Source: an uncultured bacterium
GTDB lineage: Bacteria; Patescibacteriota; Saccharimonadia; Saccharimonadales; UBA4665
Direction of reading: 5' to 3'
Length of the DNA: 64,000 nt
Assembly (NCBI GenBank): GCA_963815935.1
Contig: CAWFIL010000008.1
Coordinates: 162,088 to 226,087, forward strand
Shown here piece by piece: positions 63,087 through 64,000 of this stretch. A program made the translations under genes and the position numbers. Every line of letters begins with the position of its first letter. The stretch's first letter is position 1. Under the pieces are notes generated by a model. It worked only from the letters and a program-made list of their open reading frames with translations, made no database searches and was not told where the DNA came from.

Positions 63087-63171
63087 GCAGGGATAGTGAA
63101 GCGGTCAAACACAGCTGACTGTAAATCAGCCCTCTCCGAGTTCGGGGGTTCGAATCCCTCTCCCTGCACCA
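63087..63171 (+). tRNA. tRNA-Tyr (anticodon GTA), long variable arm, CCA encoded
   Basis: Acceptor GCAGGGA/TCCCTGC and anticodon arm GCTGA-CTGTAAA-TCAGC. 85 nt. Confidence 0.9.
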
Positions 63172-63174
63172 AAC

Positions 63175-63204
63175 AAAAAAGCCGGCAGTATAGCCGGCTT
63201 TTTT
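63175..63204. terminator. Bidirectional hairpin terminator
   Basis: AAAAAAGCCGGC-agtata-GCCGGCTTTTTT lies between tRNA-Tyr (+) and pheA (-). Confidence 0.8.
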
Positions 63205-63218
63205 GTTTGGTGAGATGC

Positions 63219-64000
63219 CTAGATAGTTTCACCTGCTTGGTAGGTGCCCAACTCTCGCCACTGGGCCCCGAGCCCGTCGAGCTCGTCTAGAGCCTTTTCC
63301 ATGGCTGGGTCTGTAGCCCCGGCGGCACAGTCCAGGTAGAACGCATATCGCCATGGGCGGCCTTGGATGGGCCGCGACTCCACCTTGGTCAACCCTATGC
63401 CGGCAGTAGCAAAACAGCCCAATGCGGCGTGTAGTGTCCCCGGTGCAAGCTCATCCTCGCCGTCAGTCAGGCGGTCGATGAGTAATGAGGTCTTATTTGC
63501 CTGTGCGCGTCTGGCTGGGTCATCTTCGGCGCTGCGACCGAGCACTAAAAAGCGGGTAAAGTTGTTGGGATCATTCTCGACGCCTTCGCGAAGTATTGCC
63601 AAGTTATGCCGCTCGGCATTATTTTTGCCAGCAATCGCTGCGGCCGAAGGCTCGCCGAGATCTTTAATGAAAACCACGCTCCCGGCAGTGTCATAAGCTG
63701 TGTGCCTTTTCGCCTGAGGTAGCTCCCGCCCCAAGAAGTCTGTGCATTGCTCCAGAGCGACAGGGTGTGAGTAAACGTCCCGGATATCTTCGATGCGTGC
63801 CCCCGGCAAGCCAATCAGGCTATGGTGGATGCTCAAGAAGACCTCACCCATAATCGAGACATTGCCTGTCTTGCGTAGCAAGTCATATACGGGTGCAATG
63901 GACCCAACTAGTGAGTTCTCTACGGCAGACATGCCGTAATCGGCCCGGCCGTCGGCCACCGACCCAAAAACATCGGCAAACGTATCCATATACTGCGCTT
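63219..64000 (-). CDS. pheA: Prephenate dehydratase with a C-terminal ACT domain (N-terminus outside the window)
   Basis: ADYGMSAVENSLVGSI, TRFLVLG, and ACT-type LGCFATAGIGLTKVESRP. The frame stays open to nt 64000. Confidence 0.85.
   Translation of the reverse strand, partial: AQYMDTFADVFGSVADGRADYGMSAVENSLVGSIAPVYDLLRKTGNVSIMGEVFLSIHHSLIGLPGARIEDIRDVYSHPVALEQCTDFLGRELPQAKRHTAYDTAGSVVFIKDLGEPSAAAIAGKNNAERHNLAILREGVENDPNNFTRFLVLGRSAEDDPARRAQANKTSLLIDRLTDGEDELAPGTLHAALGCFATAGIGLTKVESRPIQGRPWRYAFYLDCAAGATDPAMEKALDELDGLGAQWRELGTYQAGETI

Noticed and set aside
1-64000. I considered CRISPR arrays, rRNA genes, transposases or integrases, and an alternative genetic code (UGA recoding, as in some CPR lineages).
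   Set aside because: I saw no regularly spaced direct repeats and no rRNA-like or IS-like sequence. TGA clearly terminates conserved genes at coupled ATGA junctions (756-759, 1202-1205, 14987-14990, 22248-22251), so the standard code fits.

Overview
The window is gene-dense and mostly + strand. Genes are often translationally coupled through ATGA, TAATG or TAGTG overlaps. It looks like a reduced-genome Gram-positive-type bacterium, and I suspect a Patescibacteria/CPR lineage such as Saccharibacteria (TM7). That guess rests on gene content only: a type IV pilin with a PilB-like ATPase, lamin-tail-domain and sortase surface proteins, a short TsaB, few biosynthetic genes, and several actinobacteria-like genes. 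The standard genetic code fits, because TGA acts as a stop at coupled junctions.

Housekeeping content:
- rimK with a RimB-like protease, comEC, yebC and ruvCAB
- a recA-recX neighbourhood with two NUDIX genes and one MazG gene
- tsaE, tsaB, rny and ymdB
- an ABC exporter, a MarR/MFS efflux pair and a P1B ATPase
- glyA, murA, murB, ychF and tyrS
- partial pheA at the 3' edge and a partial ATP-grasp gene at the 5' edge
- eight tRNA genes (Lys-TTT, Pro-TGG, Pro-CGG, His-GTG, Arg-TCT, Gly-TCC, Arg-CCG, Tyr-GTA), all with an encoded 3' CCA
- no rRNA, CRISPR array or transposase was seen

Most interesting observations:
1. An 11-kb envelope locus at 34.5-45.5 kb holds two paralogous processive GT2 synthases, two CE4 deacetylase-like proteins and two membrane-anchored GH10-like hydrolases. 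One CE4 protein lacks the His-His metal motif, and one GH10 gene is split by a frameshift.
2. Inside that locus sits a sortase preceded by a 52-aa ORF that is essentially only an LPNTG sorting signal, with no N-terminal signal peptide.
3. A four-gene operon at 57.3-61.7 kb runs directly into tyrS and tRNA-Tyr. It encodes an unknown tandem-GNAT-like protein, an enolase-superfamily dipeptide-epimerase-like protein, an extended VanX-like M15 dipeptidase, and an unknown protein with a faint class-Ic aaRS-like pattern.
4. MurA carries an N-terminal XRE helix-turn-helix domain, and a separate XRE gene lies divergent from murB.
5. Several surface or secreted genes look actinobacterial: a DUF4082-Fn3-GH46 chitosanase, a phage-tail-fibre-like protein, and a high-GC orphan ORF next to tRNA-Pro.

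All functional calls come from motif recognition by eye. No database search was run.
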